DNA of 64,000 bases from an uncultured Gemmatimonadaceae bacterium (GCA_963817955.1 CAWFQK010000004.1:896001-960000); one strand, 5' to 3'; numbered from the stretch's first letter, positions 49,518-59,706 are shown. Notes: a model not told the origin generated them from the sequence alone. Numbers and translations are program-made.

Positions 49518-50773
49518 TGACGGGGCTCGGAATGCGGGTGTACTCCCTGCTCGAGGGCGTTGGCATTGCCCTCCAAGCGATCAAGGAGAACCGGGTTCGC
49601 ACGGCGTTAACCATCCTCGGCGTCGCCGTCGGCGTGTTTGTCGTGGTCGTCATCTCCGCGGCAATCCACGGCATCAACGAGAGCGTGGCCAAAGACTTCG
49701 AGGCCGCTGGTCCGACGACGTTCTTCGTCAGCCGGTTTCCCATCACGTTCGAAGCGTGCGACGGAACCGACGACACCTGCAAATGGCGCCATAATCCCCG
49801 GCTGACCTACGCCGACAACAAGGTGCTGAACGCCCTGCCGTCGGTGCGCGCGGCCGGCGCGGAGCTCATGATGAGCAAAGAAGTCCGGTACAAGGACCGC
49901 GTTCTCAGTAGCACACAGGTGATCGGGTATACGTCGAACTGGACGATCATCGACGGCGCGGGCGACCTGTATCCGGGGCGCAGCTTCACCGAAGCCGAAG
50001 AAACGAACGGCCAGCACGTCATCATCATCAACGACGAGATGGTGAAGAAGCTGTTCGGCGACTCCGATCCGATGGACAAGCAAGTCACGGTGGGCGGTAT
50101 CCCGTTCACCGTCATCGGCATCTATCACTATCAGGCCAGCTTCCTGTCCGGCGGCAACCGGCCGCGTGCCATCGTCCCGTTCGAGTCGGCAGTCCGGTCG
50201 CTCAAGGCGTCGTACTCGAGCGTTGGCATCTCCGTGGTGCCACGTCAGAACGTCACGCGCGACCAGGCGGAAGACGATGTGGTGGCCGCGATGCGGGCGC
50301 GCCACGGGTTGCGTCCGGGTGCCGAAAACGACTTCGCGCTCATTTCACAGGACCAGTTGTTCGAGACCTACAACAAGATTTTCGGGATGTTCTTTCTGGT
50401 GATGATCGTGCTCTCGGCGATTGGCCTGTTGGTGGGCGGCGTCGGCGTGGTGGCGATCATGATGATCTCGGTCACCGAACGGACGCGCGAGATTGGCGTG
50501 CGCAAGGCCCTCGGCGCCACGCGCGGCACCATTCTGTGGCAGTTCCTCGTGGAGGCTGTGACGCTCACGGCCATCGGGGCCATGTTCGGCCTGGCTGCCG
50601 GCGGCGTGGTATCCATGATCATCAAGAACATGACGCCGATCAAGGCGTCGATTCCGCCGCTGGCGATCGTCGCGGCGCTCGGCGCGAGTGCCATCACCGG
50701 CGTGTTGTTCGGGATGCTCCCCGCCATGCGGGCCGCGAAGCTCGATCCCGTCGACGCGCTCCGCTACGAATAG
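49517..50773 (+). CDS. MacB-like ABC permease 2 (type B)
   Basis: GVVAIMMISVTERTREIGVRKALGA; ends LRYE. Confidence 0.93.
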   Translation: MTGLGMRVYSLLEGVGIALQAIKENRVRTALTILGVAVGVFVVVVISAAIHGINESVAKDFEAAGPTTFFVSRFPITFEACDGTDDTCKWRHNPRLTYADNKVLNALPSVRAAGAELMMSKEVRYKDRVLSSTQVIGYTSNWTIIDGAGDLYPGRSFTEAEETNGQHVIIINDEMVKKLFGDSDPMDKQVTVGGIPFTVIGIYHYQASFLSGGNRPRAIVPFESAVRSLKASYSSVGISVVPRQNVTRDQAEDDVVAAMRARHGLRPGAENDFALISQDQLFETYNKIFGMFFLVMIVLSAIGLLVGGVGVVAIMMISVTERTREIGVRKALGATRGTILWQFLVEAVTLTAIGAMFGLAAGGVVSMIIKNMTPIKASIPPLAIVAALGASAITGVLFGMLPAMRAAKLDPVDALRYE

Positions 50774-50803
50774 TCTCAATAGTCTCCTACTCCTGCCTCA
50801 CGG

Positions 50804-52045
50804 ATGCCGCTGTTCGAAGCCGTTCGCCTTGCGCTGATCCAGATCCGCGTCCAGAAGATGAAGAGTTTCTTCACACTCCTGGGCGTGATGATCGGCGTCA
50901 TGTTCCTCATCGCCGTCGTATCGATCGTCGAGGGCATGGGGCGCTACATGGAAGATGATTTCGCCGGGCGTCTGCTCGGCGCGAACACGTTCACGCTGCG
51001 CCGGTTCCCCTGGTTTGGGAATAACACCACGCGGGAGCAATGGCTGGAGTGGCAACGGCGTCCACGCATCTACATCGGCGACGTCGCATTCCTCAGATCA
51101 GCCCTGCCGTCTGGTGCGCGCTGGGCCGTCGAGAGTCAGGAGAACATTCCAGCCTCGTCGCCATATTTGCGCATTCGCACGATCGAGGCGCACGCCGTGG
51201 ACGGCGACTACTTCACGATCAAGAAGTATGATCTCGCGTCGGGGCGCGCGATCGCCGCGCAGGAATTCGAGCTCGGCTCGCCCGTCGTGGTGATTGGCGA
51301 CGAAGTGGCCGCCTATTTTTTCCCGAATCTGAACCCCGTCGGGCGCGAACTGAGCATCGGCGGCTTGCCGTATCAGGTGATCGGAGTGCTCGCACATCAG
51401 GGCAGCCTGTTCGGCCAGTCCCTCGACAAGCTCGCGATCGCGCCATTCAACTCGCCGCTGCGCCATATCACGAATCCACGTGGTGACATCGACGGCCTGA
51501 TCGTGCAGGCGTCGAGCTCCATGATGATGGACGACATGATGGAGATGGTGCGAGAAGCGCTTCGGGCGCATCGTCATCTGCGACCCTCCGTGCCCGACAA
51601 TTTCGTGATGGAGACGTCTGCGTCAGCGCTTGCGTTCTTCGAGAAGATCAAGAACATCATGACGATCGTCGGCGCGGCACTTCCCGGCATCAGCCTGATC
51701 GTGGGCGGTATGGTGATCATGAACATCATGCTCGTCTCGGTGGCCGAACGCACGCACGAGATTGGCATTCGGAAGGCCCTGGGCGCGCGCCGAGTCGACA
51801 TTCTGCGACAGTTCCTCATTGAGTCGGCGACGCTGAGCACGGTGGGCGCGATCATCGGTATCGCGCTCGGCATTCTGGCCGCCAAGATCATCGCGGCGAA
51901 GACTCCGCTGCCGGCGGCCGTCGCCCTCTGGTCCATCGTCGTCGCCACGGTGCTCGGCCTGGTCGTTGGAATCGTGTCCGGTGTGTATCCGGCGCGTCGC
52001 GCCTCAATGCTCGATCCCATCGACGCGCTGCGGCAAGAGACATGA
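50804..52045 (+). CDS. MacB-like ABC permease 3 (type A)
   Basis: Paralog of permease 1; ends RQET. Confidence 0.93.
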   Translation: MPLFEAVRLALIQIRVQKMKSFFTLLGVMIGVMFLIAVVSIVEGMGRYMEDDFAGRLLGANTFTLRRFPWFGNNTTREQWLEWQRRPRIYIGDVAFLRSALPSGARWAVESQENIPASSPYLRIRTIEAHAVDGDYFTIKKYDLASGRAIAAQEFELGSPVVVIGDEVAAYFFPNLNPVGRELSIGGLPYQVIGVLAHQGSLFGQSLDKLAIAPFNSPLRHITNPRGDIDGLIVQASSSMMMDDMMEMVREALRAHRHLRPSVPDNFVMETSASALAFFEKIKNIMTIVGAALPGISLIVGGMVIMNIMLVSVAERTHEIGIRKALGARRVDILRQFLIESATLSTVGAIIGIALGILAAKIIAAKTPLPAAVALWSIVVATVLGLVVGIVSGVYPARRASMLDPIDALRQET

Positions 52046-53316
52046 CCCTGATCGGCAGAATCACCAACGCGCTCGAAGGCGTCACGATCGCCTTCGATTC
52101 TCTTCGCGCCAACCGGGCCCGCGCGGCACTCACGATCATGGGCGTCGCCATCGGCGTGTTCGTCGTCGTCGCGCTGTCATCTGTGGTGCGCGGCGTGAAC
52201 GAGTCGTTTGCCCGGGACGTCGCTGCGGCAGGCCCTACGTCGTTCTTCGTCTATCGTCGTCCGATAGCCGGCTTCCAGAATTGCGATCCCACCGATCCCA
52301 CGTCCTGCCCTGATCGCCGCAACCCGGCGATCACGAATGACGAATCACTCGGTATCGAACGGCTGCCGTCGATCTACGCCGTCACGCAGCACATCGCCGG
52401 TGGAGGCACGTTCAAGTATCGCGATCGTGCGCTCACGGCAGGCATCGAGTACTACAGCACGAACTGGACAGACGTGGACGGCGGCGACATCTACCCCGGC
52501 CGCAGCTTCACGTACGCCGAGTACATGGGAGCAGCGCGTGTCGTGATCGTGAACGACAAGCTCGCGGAGTCGCTGTTCGGTGACTCCGATCCCATCGACA
52601 AGGTCATTACGATCGACGGCCGGCAGTTCACCGTCATCGGGTTGTATCACTACACGGCGAGCCCGATCGGCACGCCGACGTCCGCCGGCGGTGGCGATTC
52701 GCCGAAAGCCATCGCACCCCTCGAGACTGGACGCCGGCACATGAATCTCTGGGTGCGCGGCAACAATCTCATCGTGAAGCCCCGCGACGGCGTCAAGGTC
52801 GAGGATGCCGTGGACGATGTGACGGCATACCTGCGCGGCCGCCGCGGCCTTCGCCCCGCCGACCGCGCCACGTTCGCGGTCGTCACGCAGGACAAACTCC
52901 TCGACATTTACAACCAGCTGTTCGGCACGTTCTTCATCGTCGGCATCGCATTGTCATCCGTCGGGCTGCTCGTGGGTGGCGTCGGCGTGGTGGCGATCAT
53001 GATGATCTCGGTCACGGAGCGGACGCGCGAGATTGGCGTGCGCAAGGCCCTCGGCGCCACGCGCGGCAATATCCTCTGGCAGTTTCTGGTCGAAGCGGTG
53101 ACGCTCACCGGCGTCGGAGCCGCAGTGGGTCTCGTGCTCGGCGTGGCGACGTCGTTGGCCGTGCGCACGGCGTGGCCGTCGATTCCGACGTCGACGCCGC
53201 TCACCGCGGTCGCATCGGCGTTGATCGCGAGCGCGGTCACTGGCGTCGTGTTCGGCATGCTCCCGGCCGTTCGGGCCGCCCGGCTCGATCCCGTGGCCGC
53301 CCTGCGACACGAGTAG
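52042..53316 (+). CDS. MacB-like ABC permease 4 (type B)
   Basis: Paralog of permease 2; ends LRHE. Confidence 0.93.
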   Translation: MTLIGRITNALEGVTIAFDSLRANRARAALTIMGVAIGVFVVVALSSVVRGVNESFARDVAAAGPTSFFVYRRPIAGFQNCDPTDPTSCPDRRNPAITNDESLGIERLPSIYAVTQHIAGGGTFKYRDRALTAGIEYYSTNWTDVDGGDIYPGRSFTYAEYMGAARVVIVNDKLAESLFGDSDPIDKVITIDGRQFTVIGLYHYTASPIGTPTSAGGGDSPKAIAPLETGRRHMNLWVRGNNLIVKPRDGVKVEDAVDDVTAYLRGRRGLRPADRATFAVVTQDKLLDIYNQLFGTFFIVGIALSSVGLLVGGVGVVAIMMISVTERTREIGVRKALGATRGNILWQFLVEAVTLTGVGAAVGLVLGVATSLAVRTAWPSIPTSTPLTAVASALIASAVTGVVFGMLPAVRAARLDPVAALRHE

Positions 53317-53373
53317 TGCGGCCGCGGGGGCGGGGGCGCGTGGGTGCGGTTCCGGCTCGACTATATTCGGCAC

Positions 53374-54096
53374 ATGGCCGATTCGATCGATCTTCTCGCC
53401 ATCGCCGCCCATCGCGACGACGTCGAGCTGACGTGCGGCGGCACGCTCGGCAAGGCGGCGCGCGCCGGATACCGCACGGCGATTCTCGATCTCACACAGG
53501 GTGAGATGGGCACACGCGGGTCCGCCGAGCTCCGCGCGCAGGAAGCGGAGGATGCCGCGGCTGTTCTCGGTATTTCCATTCGCGAGAACCTCGCGCTCCC
53601 CGATGCCGGGATCCTCAATGATCCGGCGACCCGCGTCTGTGTGGCGCGTGTCATACGGCGGCTCCGCCCGCGTGTCGTGATCGCTCCTGCACTCGAGGGA
53701 CGCCATCCCGATCACCGCGTGAGCGCCCAGCTCGTGCGCGACGCATGCTTCGTGGCGGGATTGGCCAAGGTCGCGCCGGATCTTCCCCCGCATCGGCCGC
53801 TCAAGATTCTGCACGCGTTGGCATATCGCCAGGATTTCGTGCGGCCCAGCTTCGTCGTCGACGTCTCGGACGACTTCGCGAGAAAGCTCGAAGCAATTCG
53901 CTGTTATGGCTCGCAGTTCGAGGGCATGACGCAGGCCGGCGAGGTCTATCCCAACGGCGAGCCGTTGGAAGACGTCGTGCGACACCACGGCGCCTATTAC
54001 GGAACTCTCATACGTCGTCCGTTTGGTGAGCCGTTCTTCACGACCGAAATGGTCGCGGTGGACGATGTACTATCGCTGGGGGTATCAACCTTCTGA
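53374..54096 (+). CDS. bshB1: Bacillithiol biosynthesis deacetylase (PIG-L family)
   Basis: AHRDDVEL.CGG, DLTQGEMGTRG, RHPDH, SQF, EPF. Confidence 0.85.
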   Translation: MADSIDLLAIAAHRDDVELTCGGTLGKAARAGYRTAILDLTQGEMGTRGSAELRAQEAEDAAAVLGISIRENLALPDAGILNDPATRVCVARVIRRLRPRVVIAPALEGRHPDHRVSAQLVRDACFVAGLAKVAPDLPPHRPLKILHALAYRQDFVRPSFVVDVSDDFARKLEAIRCYGSQFEGMTQAGEVYPNGEPLEDVVRHHGAYYGTLIRRPFGEPFFTTEMVAVDDVLSLGVSTF

Positions 54097-54207
54097 CCAA
54101 CCGCGTTCCCTGCCGGCCGTACCGTTCCTCTCGCCACATAGCTGCGGCCAAACGCTGAGGCCGGCGCGAAGCGTTTGGGACGCCTGAACAAACGCTATAT
54201 TGTTGCC

Positions 54208-55374
54208 ATGCCAGAACCTATCTACCTCGATCATGCTGCGACGACACCGGTCCGCGGTGAGGTACTCCAGGCCATGCTGCCCTTCTACGGCGCTCGGTTT
54301 GGCAACCCGTCGAGCATGCATCGGTGGGGGCGGGACGCGCGGACCGCGCTCGACGAGGCCCGCGAGCGAGTCGCCCACTGTCTTGGCGCTTCCACGGACG
54401 AAATCTGCTTCACCTCGGGAGGCACTGAGGCGGACAACATCGCCATACTCGGCGCCTGGCGAGCTCGGCGCGGTGAGGGTCGGAACGTCATCGTGACGTC
54501 GCCAGTCGAGCACAAGGCGGTGCTCGCATCGGTCCACCAAGCCGCGCGCGAAGGAGCAGACGAGCGGTTCTGCGCCATGACCACCGACGGAGTCGTGGAT
54601 GAAACGTCCTTTCGATCGATCACCGGTGAGGATGCGGCGATCGCCTCGGTCATGTGGGTCAACAACGAGATCGGCACCATTCAGCCGATCGGCGAGCTCG
54701 CGCAGCACGCCAAGAGCGTCGGTGCACTGTTCCATACCGACGCCGTGCAGGCATTCGGCAAGATCGCCATCGACGCGCGGACGATTCCCTTCGATGTCCT
54801 CTCTGTGTCGGGCCACAAGATTGGTGCGCCCAAGGGCATTGGCGCGGTATTCATCCGTCGCGGAACGGTCATCGCGCCGTTGTTCCATGGTGGCGAACAG
54901 GATCGCGGCCGCCGGCCTGGTACGGAGAATGTTGCAGCGGTCGTCGGTTTCGCGCGCGCCGCGGAGTTGGCGGTCGCCGAGCGGGAGGAAGAATGCGAAC
55001 GCCTCCAACGCATGCGCGATCGCCTCGAGGAGACGATTCTCGCGCGCGTGCCGGACGCGGTGATCCATGGGCGCGGCGCACGGCATCGCGCGCCGCATAT
55101 CATCAATGTCTCCGCGCGGGGAACGGACAGCGAGTCCATGCTCATGGCGCTCGACCTGCGTGGTATCGGCTGCTCCGCCGGATCGGCCTGTCAGAGCGGA
55201 AGCATTTCGCCGTCCCACGTGCTCAGGGCCATTGGAGTTCCGGCCGAGCTGGCAACGGCGGCCATTCGCATGAGCCTCGGCTCGCTCACGACCGACGTCT
55301 GCATCGATCGGGTCGCCGACGTGTTTCCGGCGCTGGTCGACAAGGCTCGCGGCATGGCGCGCGGCGGAGTCTGA
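54208..55374 (+). CDS. iscS: Cysteine desulfurase (IscS/NifS)
   Basis: YLDHAATTP, GNPSS, HTDAVQ, SGHK, SAGSAC; coupled to mnmA. Confidence 0.92.
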   Translation: MPEPIYLDHAATTPVRGEVLQAMLPFYGARFGNPSSMHRWGRDARTALDEARERVAHCLGASTDEICFTSGGTEADNIAILGAWRARRGEGRNVIVTSPVEHKAVLASVHQAAREGADERFCAMTTDGVVDETSFRSITGEDAAIASVMWVNNEIGTIQPIGELAQHAKSVGALFHTDAVQAFGKIAIDARTIPFDVLSVSGHKIGAPKGIGAVFIRRGTVIAPLFHGGEQDRGRRPGTENVAAVVGFARAAELAVAEREEECERLQRMRDRLEETILARVPDAVIHGRGARHRAPHIINVSARGTDSESMLMALDLRGIGCSAGSACQSGSISPSHVLRAIGVPAELATAAIRMSLGSLTTDVCIDRVADVFPALVDKARGMARGGV

Positions 55375-55375
55375 T

Positions 55376-56470
55376 GTGAAGTCGCGGGTGTTGGTCGCCA
55401 TGTCCGGTGGGGTCGACTCGTCGGTCGCCGCCGCGATGCTCGTCGACCAGGGGTACGACGTCGTCGGCGCGACAATGAAGCTCTTCTGCCACGACGAAGA
55501 CCTACCCGACCGCCCGTGCTGCTCGCTGGACTCCGTGAACGATGCACGCCGCGTTTGCCAACAGCTTGGAGTGCCGCACTACGTGCTCAATCTCGAGCAT
55601 GCGTTTGGCCGAGATGTCGTAGATAATTTCGTGAGCGAATATGCCAATGGTCGCACGCCTATCCCCTGCGTGCGCTGCAACACATTCACGAAGTTTCGCG
55701 ACCTCCTCGTGAAGGCCGACGCCATCGACGCGACATGGATCGCCACCGGCCACTATGCGCGCATCGTGGACGGCGCGCTGTTGCGCGGCGTCGATCACTC
55801 CAAGGATCAATCGTATTTCCTCTGGGGCATCGACCGGTCCGTATTGCGACGCATGCAGCTCCCTGTCGGCACGCAAACGAAGCGCGAGACGCGCGAGGTC
55901 GCGCATCAACTCGGCCTGGAAGTCATTGCCGACAAGATCGAAAGCCAGGACATCTGTTTCGTACCCGGCGGCGACCATACGACCATCATTCGCCAGCGGC
56001 TCGGGGACGATGCCCCGGCGTTGGCGCAGGGTCCCTTCCTGCTCTCGAATGGCACTCCGGTCGGCGTGCACGACGGATTCGCACGCTTCACTATCGGGCA
56101 GCGCCGCGGGCTGCCAGGCGGCTTCCATGAGCCGATGTTCGTGATCGACATTCGCCCGCGCGACCGTGCCGTGGTGATTGGCCCGCGCGACGAACTGCTC
56201 GGACGCGGCATTGTGGCGCGAGAGATCAACTGGCTCGTCGACACGCCCGCTGTCGGCACGCGCCTTCAAGTCCAGGTGCGGCACCGCGCGTCCCCGGCTC
56301 AGGCCGAGATCGTGCGACTCGACAATGACGAGATCGAAATCGCCCTAGACGAGCCCGTCGCCGCGATCACCCCGGGCCAGTCGCTCGTGATGTATGACGG
56401 CGAGCGTGTGCTCGGCGGCGGCCTCATCGAACGCGGACGCCGAGTGGGCCTGCCGGTGCTCGCGGCGTAA
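55376..56470 (+). CDS. mnmA: tRNA 2-thiouridine(34) synthase
   Basis: MSGGVDSS, TPIPCVRCN, ATGHY, KDQSYFL, SQDICF, TPGQ. Confidence 0.96.
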   Translation: MKSRVLVAMSGGVDSSVAAAMLVDQGYDVVGATMKLFCHDEDLPDRPCCSLDSVNDARRVCQQLGVPHYVLNLEHAFGRDVVDNFVSEYANGRTPIPCVRCNTFTKFRDLLVKADAIDATWIATGHYARIVDGALLRGVDHSKDQSYFLWGIDRSVLRRMQLPVGTQTKRETREVAHQLGLEVIADKIESQDICFVPGGDHTTIIRQRLGDDAPALAQGPFLLSNGTPVGVHDGFARFTIGQRRGLPGGFHEPMFVIDIRPRDRAVVIGPRDELLGRGIVAREINWLVDTPAVGTRLQVQVRHRASPAQAEIVRLDNDEIEIALDEPVAAITPGQSLVMYDGERVLGGGLIERGRRVGLPVLAA

Positions 56471-56542
56471 ACGGGACAGGGACCCGTGTCTCGTGTCCCG
56501 TGTCCCGTCTCTCGTGTCCCGTGTCTCGTGTCCCGTGTCCCG
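56471..56542. repeat. Heptamer array (~8 units) with a short inverted arm between convergent mnmA and dnaJ
   Basis: ACGGGACAGGGAC followed by (CGTGTCY)n. Confidence 0.9.
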
Positions 56543-56543
56543 G

Positions 56544-57704
56544 TCAGTACTTCAGTCCGCTGGCCTCGGCAAACTCGCGCATTGCCTTTTCCTGCTCCTC
56601 GCTCAGCTTCTCGGGCACATTGACCTGCACCTCGACGATGAGGTCGCCGCTCGTCTCGCCTTTCTTGATCCCCTGGCCACGCACCCGAAAACGCTTTCCG
56701 CTCGCCGTGCCCTGGGGAATCTTGATCGAGACCTTCTTTCCGTCGATTGTCGTCACGCTGATCTTTGAACCGAGCGTGGCTTGCGCAATGTTGATCGGCA
56801 CCGGCGCGATCAGGTCGAGCCCCTCACGCTTGTAGAACCGGTCGGGCTCGACCTGGAAGCTGATGATGAGATCACCGGGCGGTCCGTTGCGCATGCCGTG
56901 GCCACCCTGGCCTTTGAGCCGGATCTTGGTGCCGCTGTCCACGCCTGCCGGCACGGTGATGTTCATCTTCTTCTTCACCCGTACTTCGCCTGCCCCCCCG
57001 CACGTGGGGCAGCGTTCACTGGGCATCATGCCCTTGCCCAGACACATGGGACACGGGCGCTGCACGGCGAACCCACCCTGGCCGAACGAGATCGTGCCGC
57101 GTCCCTGGCACTCCGGGCAGGTTTGGATCTTGGCGCCTGGAGCCGCACCGCTGCCGCGGCAAGTGGCGCACTCCTCGTTGACCTCGAGTTCGATCGCGAC
57201 TTTTCCACCCAGTGCCGCCGTACGGAACGGTACCTGAAGCTGCGTCTCTACATCCTGACCGCGCTCCGGACCACGCGCCCGCCCGCCCCCAGTGCGCGCA
57301 CCGGCCGCGCCAGCTCCGCTGAACATGGAGCTGAACAGGTCTCCAAGGCCTCCGAGACCGACATCGCCCAGATCCTCGAACCGGAAGGACGCCCCTCCCC
57401 CAGGGGCACCGCCGAATGGCGACGCACCACCCGGTGCTCCTGCTCCGCCGCGCCGTGTACCGCCACCAAAGCCACCAAAGGCGCCAAGTTGGCGCATCTG
57501 GTCGTATTGCTTCCGCTTCTCGGCATCACCCAGCACCTGATACGCCTCCGAGATCTCCTTGAAGCGCTCGGCGGATTTCGGGTCGTTCTGGTTCTTATCC
57601 GGATGATGTTTCCCGGCGAGCTTGCGGTATTGCTTCTTGATTTCGTCCTGCGTCGCCGAGGCGGACACGCCAAGAACCGCGTAGTAGTCCTTCGTCTGAG
57701 CCAT
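56544..57704 (-). CDS. dnaJ: Chaperone DnaJ
   Basis: HPD J-domain, G/F region, four CxxCxGxG. Confidence 0.96.
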   Translation of the reverse strand: MAQTKDYYAVLGVSASATQDEIKKQYRKLAGKHHPDKNQNDPKSAERFKEISEAYQVLGDAEKRKQYDQMRQLGAFGGFGGGTRRGGAGAPGGASPFGGAPGGGASFRFEDLGDVGLGGLGDLFSSMFSGAGAAGARTGGGRARGPERGQDVETQLQVPFRTAALGGKVAIELEVNEECATCRGSGAAPGAKIQTCPECQGRGTISFGQGGFAVQRPCPMCLGKGMMPSERCPTCGGAGEVRVKKKMNITVPAGVDSGTKIRLKGQGGHGMRNGPPGDLIISFQVEPDRFYKREGLDLIAPVPINIAQATLGSKISVTTIDGKKVSIKIPQGTASGKRFRVRGQGIKKGETSGDLIVEVQVNVPEKLSEEQEKAMREFAEASGLKY

Positions 57705-57719
57705 ATCGTCAGTACGTGG

Positions 57720-58301
57720 TCAGCCGTTCCATTGCTTCACCACGACACGCGCCGGCCGCAATAACTGACCGTTGAACAGGTACCCAGACTGGTAAACCCG
57801 CGAGACGACGTGGTCGTCCTCGCGCGAAAGCGCCGGCTCCGTGGAGACCGCCTCGTGCAGGTTGGGATCGAACGATTGATCGACCGGGTCTACGAGTTCC
57901 AGGCCAGCGCCGGTCAACACCTTGAGCATCTTCTTCTCCACCATATCGACGCCCTGCACGACCGTCGCGGCGTCCACGGTCGATGGGTCGACGTGGGCGA
58001 ACCGTGCCAGATCGTCCAGTCCCTCGAGTAGCTGTTTCACGAGTTCGCCCTGGGCGCGGCCGGCCAACTCCGAGCGCTCCCGTGCCACGCGCTTGCGGAA
58101 ATTGTCGAATTCAGCGGCGAGCCGGAGATACCTCTCCTGCTGCTCGACCAGGCGACGTTCGGTATCCGGTGCCGCAGCGCGAGCATCGGCGGGCGCCGAA
58201 TCGAAATCGCGATCTGCGGCGCCTGCGTCACCAGAGAACGCGCCCTCCGAGCCAGGCGCGTTTTCAGTCGGATCGAATTCGCTATTGTTGCGTTGCTCCA
58301 T
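57720..58301 (-). CDS. grpE: Nucleotide exchange factor GrpE
   Basis: RLAAEFDNFRKR, FDPNLHEA, GY..LLRPARVVV. Confidence 0.95.
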   Translation of the reverse strand: MEQRNNSEFDPTENAPGSEGAFSGDAGAADRDFDSAPADARAAAPDTERRLVEQQERYLRLAAEFDNFRKRVARERSELAGRAQGELVKQLLEGLDDLARFAHVDPSTVDAATVVQGVDMVEKKMLKVLTGAGLELVDPVDQSFDPNLHEAVSTEPALSREDDHVVSRVYQSGYLFNGQLLRPARVVVKQWNG

Positions 58302-58394
58302 GGGATTTCCAAACGTACGAGAAGGAGGCGGCACCGAGCGCGGCATACTGACGCGTTCGACGTTGGCTGAATGTTCGCTGTGTACGCGACGGGG

Positions 58395-58410
58395 TGCAAC
58401 GGCCATGCCC
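58395..58410 (-). promoter_or_regulatory. Putative sigma54 (-24/-12) promoter of grpE-dnaJ
   Basis: GGGCATG-GCCG-TTGCA with GG-N10-GC spacing. Confidence 0.55.
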
Positions 58411-58437
58411 TGCCAAGATGCCGAAAAGGCAGGTATC

Positions 58438-59706
58438 CTATTTCTTGAGGAGTCGCTTTCTCAGGGCGTCCAGAATCCACTGCGCCGAGCGCTGACGGAC
58501 TTCCTCACGATCGCCCCAGAGCTTGAGCAGCGTTGCCTCGACCTCGCCCTTTACGTCTGTGGCGACCCACACCGTGCCGACCGGTTTCTCGGAGGTTCCA
58601 CCTGTTGGTCCCGCCACGCCAGTGATGGCCATGCCGATGTCGGAGCCGGCTGCGCGGCGTGCGCCGGCCGCCATCTGCCGCACGACCTCCTCGCTCACTG
58701 CACCGTGCGTCCGCAATGTGCTCTCTTCGACACCAAGCAGGTGGCGCTTCACGTCGTCGTGATAGGCGATGACGCCACCAAGCACGACGTCGCTCGACCC
58801 CGAGATGGCCGTCAGCCGGGCGCCGAGCAAGCCGCCGGTGCAGCTCTCCGAGACGCCGATCGTCAGCTGGCGCGCGCGGCATAGATCCAGTACCACCGCC
58901 GCGAGGTCAGCCTCCTGCTCGCCGTATATCCACTGGCCGAGCCGCGCGCGCAATCGCGCGGCGGCGGCGGACAGCGCGACATCGGCGTGCGCTGCGGCCA
59001 CGTCGCGCACGGTCAACCGCAGATCGACGCCGGCAATCGACGGGAGATAGGCAAGCGACACACCGAGGGGGCCGCCCTCCATCGAATCGATCCGGTCGGC
59101 GATCAGCGACTCGGCAACGCTGCACGTCCGGAGCGTCAACGACCGAACCACCGTGCCGGCGGTGACGCGGGCTTTCAGGCGCGGCAGCAGCACGTCGCCG
59201 AGCATGCCGCGCATCTCTCGTGGTACGCCGGGCAGCATCGCGACCCACCGTTGGCGCTCGTCTTCCAGCCAAACCCCGGGCGCTGAACCGTGGTTGTTCT
59301 CGAGTTTCACGGCGCCTTCTGGCATGGCGGCTTGCTGCTTGTTCGCTGCGGGGAGTGGGCGATTGAACCGTTTGAGCCATCGCTCTTCCATCAACGCGAG
59401 GTGCGCCTCGTCCGTGCGCATGGACCGGCCGAATAGCGCGGCGATGGCCGGCTTGGTCAGGTCGTCCGATGTCGGGCCAAGGCCGCCAGTGGTGATCACG
59501 GCTCCCGTGCGATCCAGCGCCTCCCGCACCACGCGGGCGATCTCGCCCGCATCGTCACCCACCGTGGTGCGCTGTGGAATGTGCATACCGATCGACGCCA
59601 GTTCGCGCGCGAGATGAGCCGCATTCGTATCGGTCGTAAATCCGAGGAGCAACTCGTCGCCGATCGTGATGAGCTCGACGGCCGTACCGACAGATGGAAT
59701 GGTCAC
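58438..59706 (-). CDS. cinA: Competence/damage-inducible protein CinA
   Basis: IGDELL, GGLGPTSDD, ESCTGG, GAVSEE, ITGVAGP. Confidence 0.94.
   Translation of the reverse strand: MTIPSVGTAVELITIGDELLLGFTTDTNAAHLARELASIGMHIPQRTTVGDDAGEIARVVREALDRTGAVITTGGLGPTSDDLTKPAIAALFGRSMRTDEAHLALMEERWLKRFNRPLPAANKQQAAMPEGAVKLENNHGSAPGVWLEDERQRWVAMLPGVPREMRGMLGDVLLPRLKARVTAGTVVRSLTLRTCSVAESLIADRIDSMEGGPLGVSLAYLPSIAGVDLRLTVRDVAAAHADVALSAAAARLRARLGQWIYGEQEADLAAVVLDLCRARQLTIGVSESCTGGLLGARLTAISGSSDVVLGGVIAYHDDVKRHLLGVEESTLRTHGAVSEEVVRQMAAGARRAAGSDIGMAITGVAGPTGGTSEKPVGTVWVATDVKGEVEATLLKLWGDREEVRQRSAQWILDALRKRLLKK

Noticed and set aside
58302..58437. CIRCE element before grpE
   Set aside because: TTAGCACTC-N9-GAGTGCTAA not present
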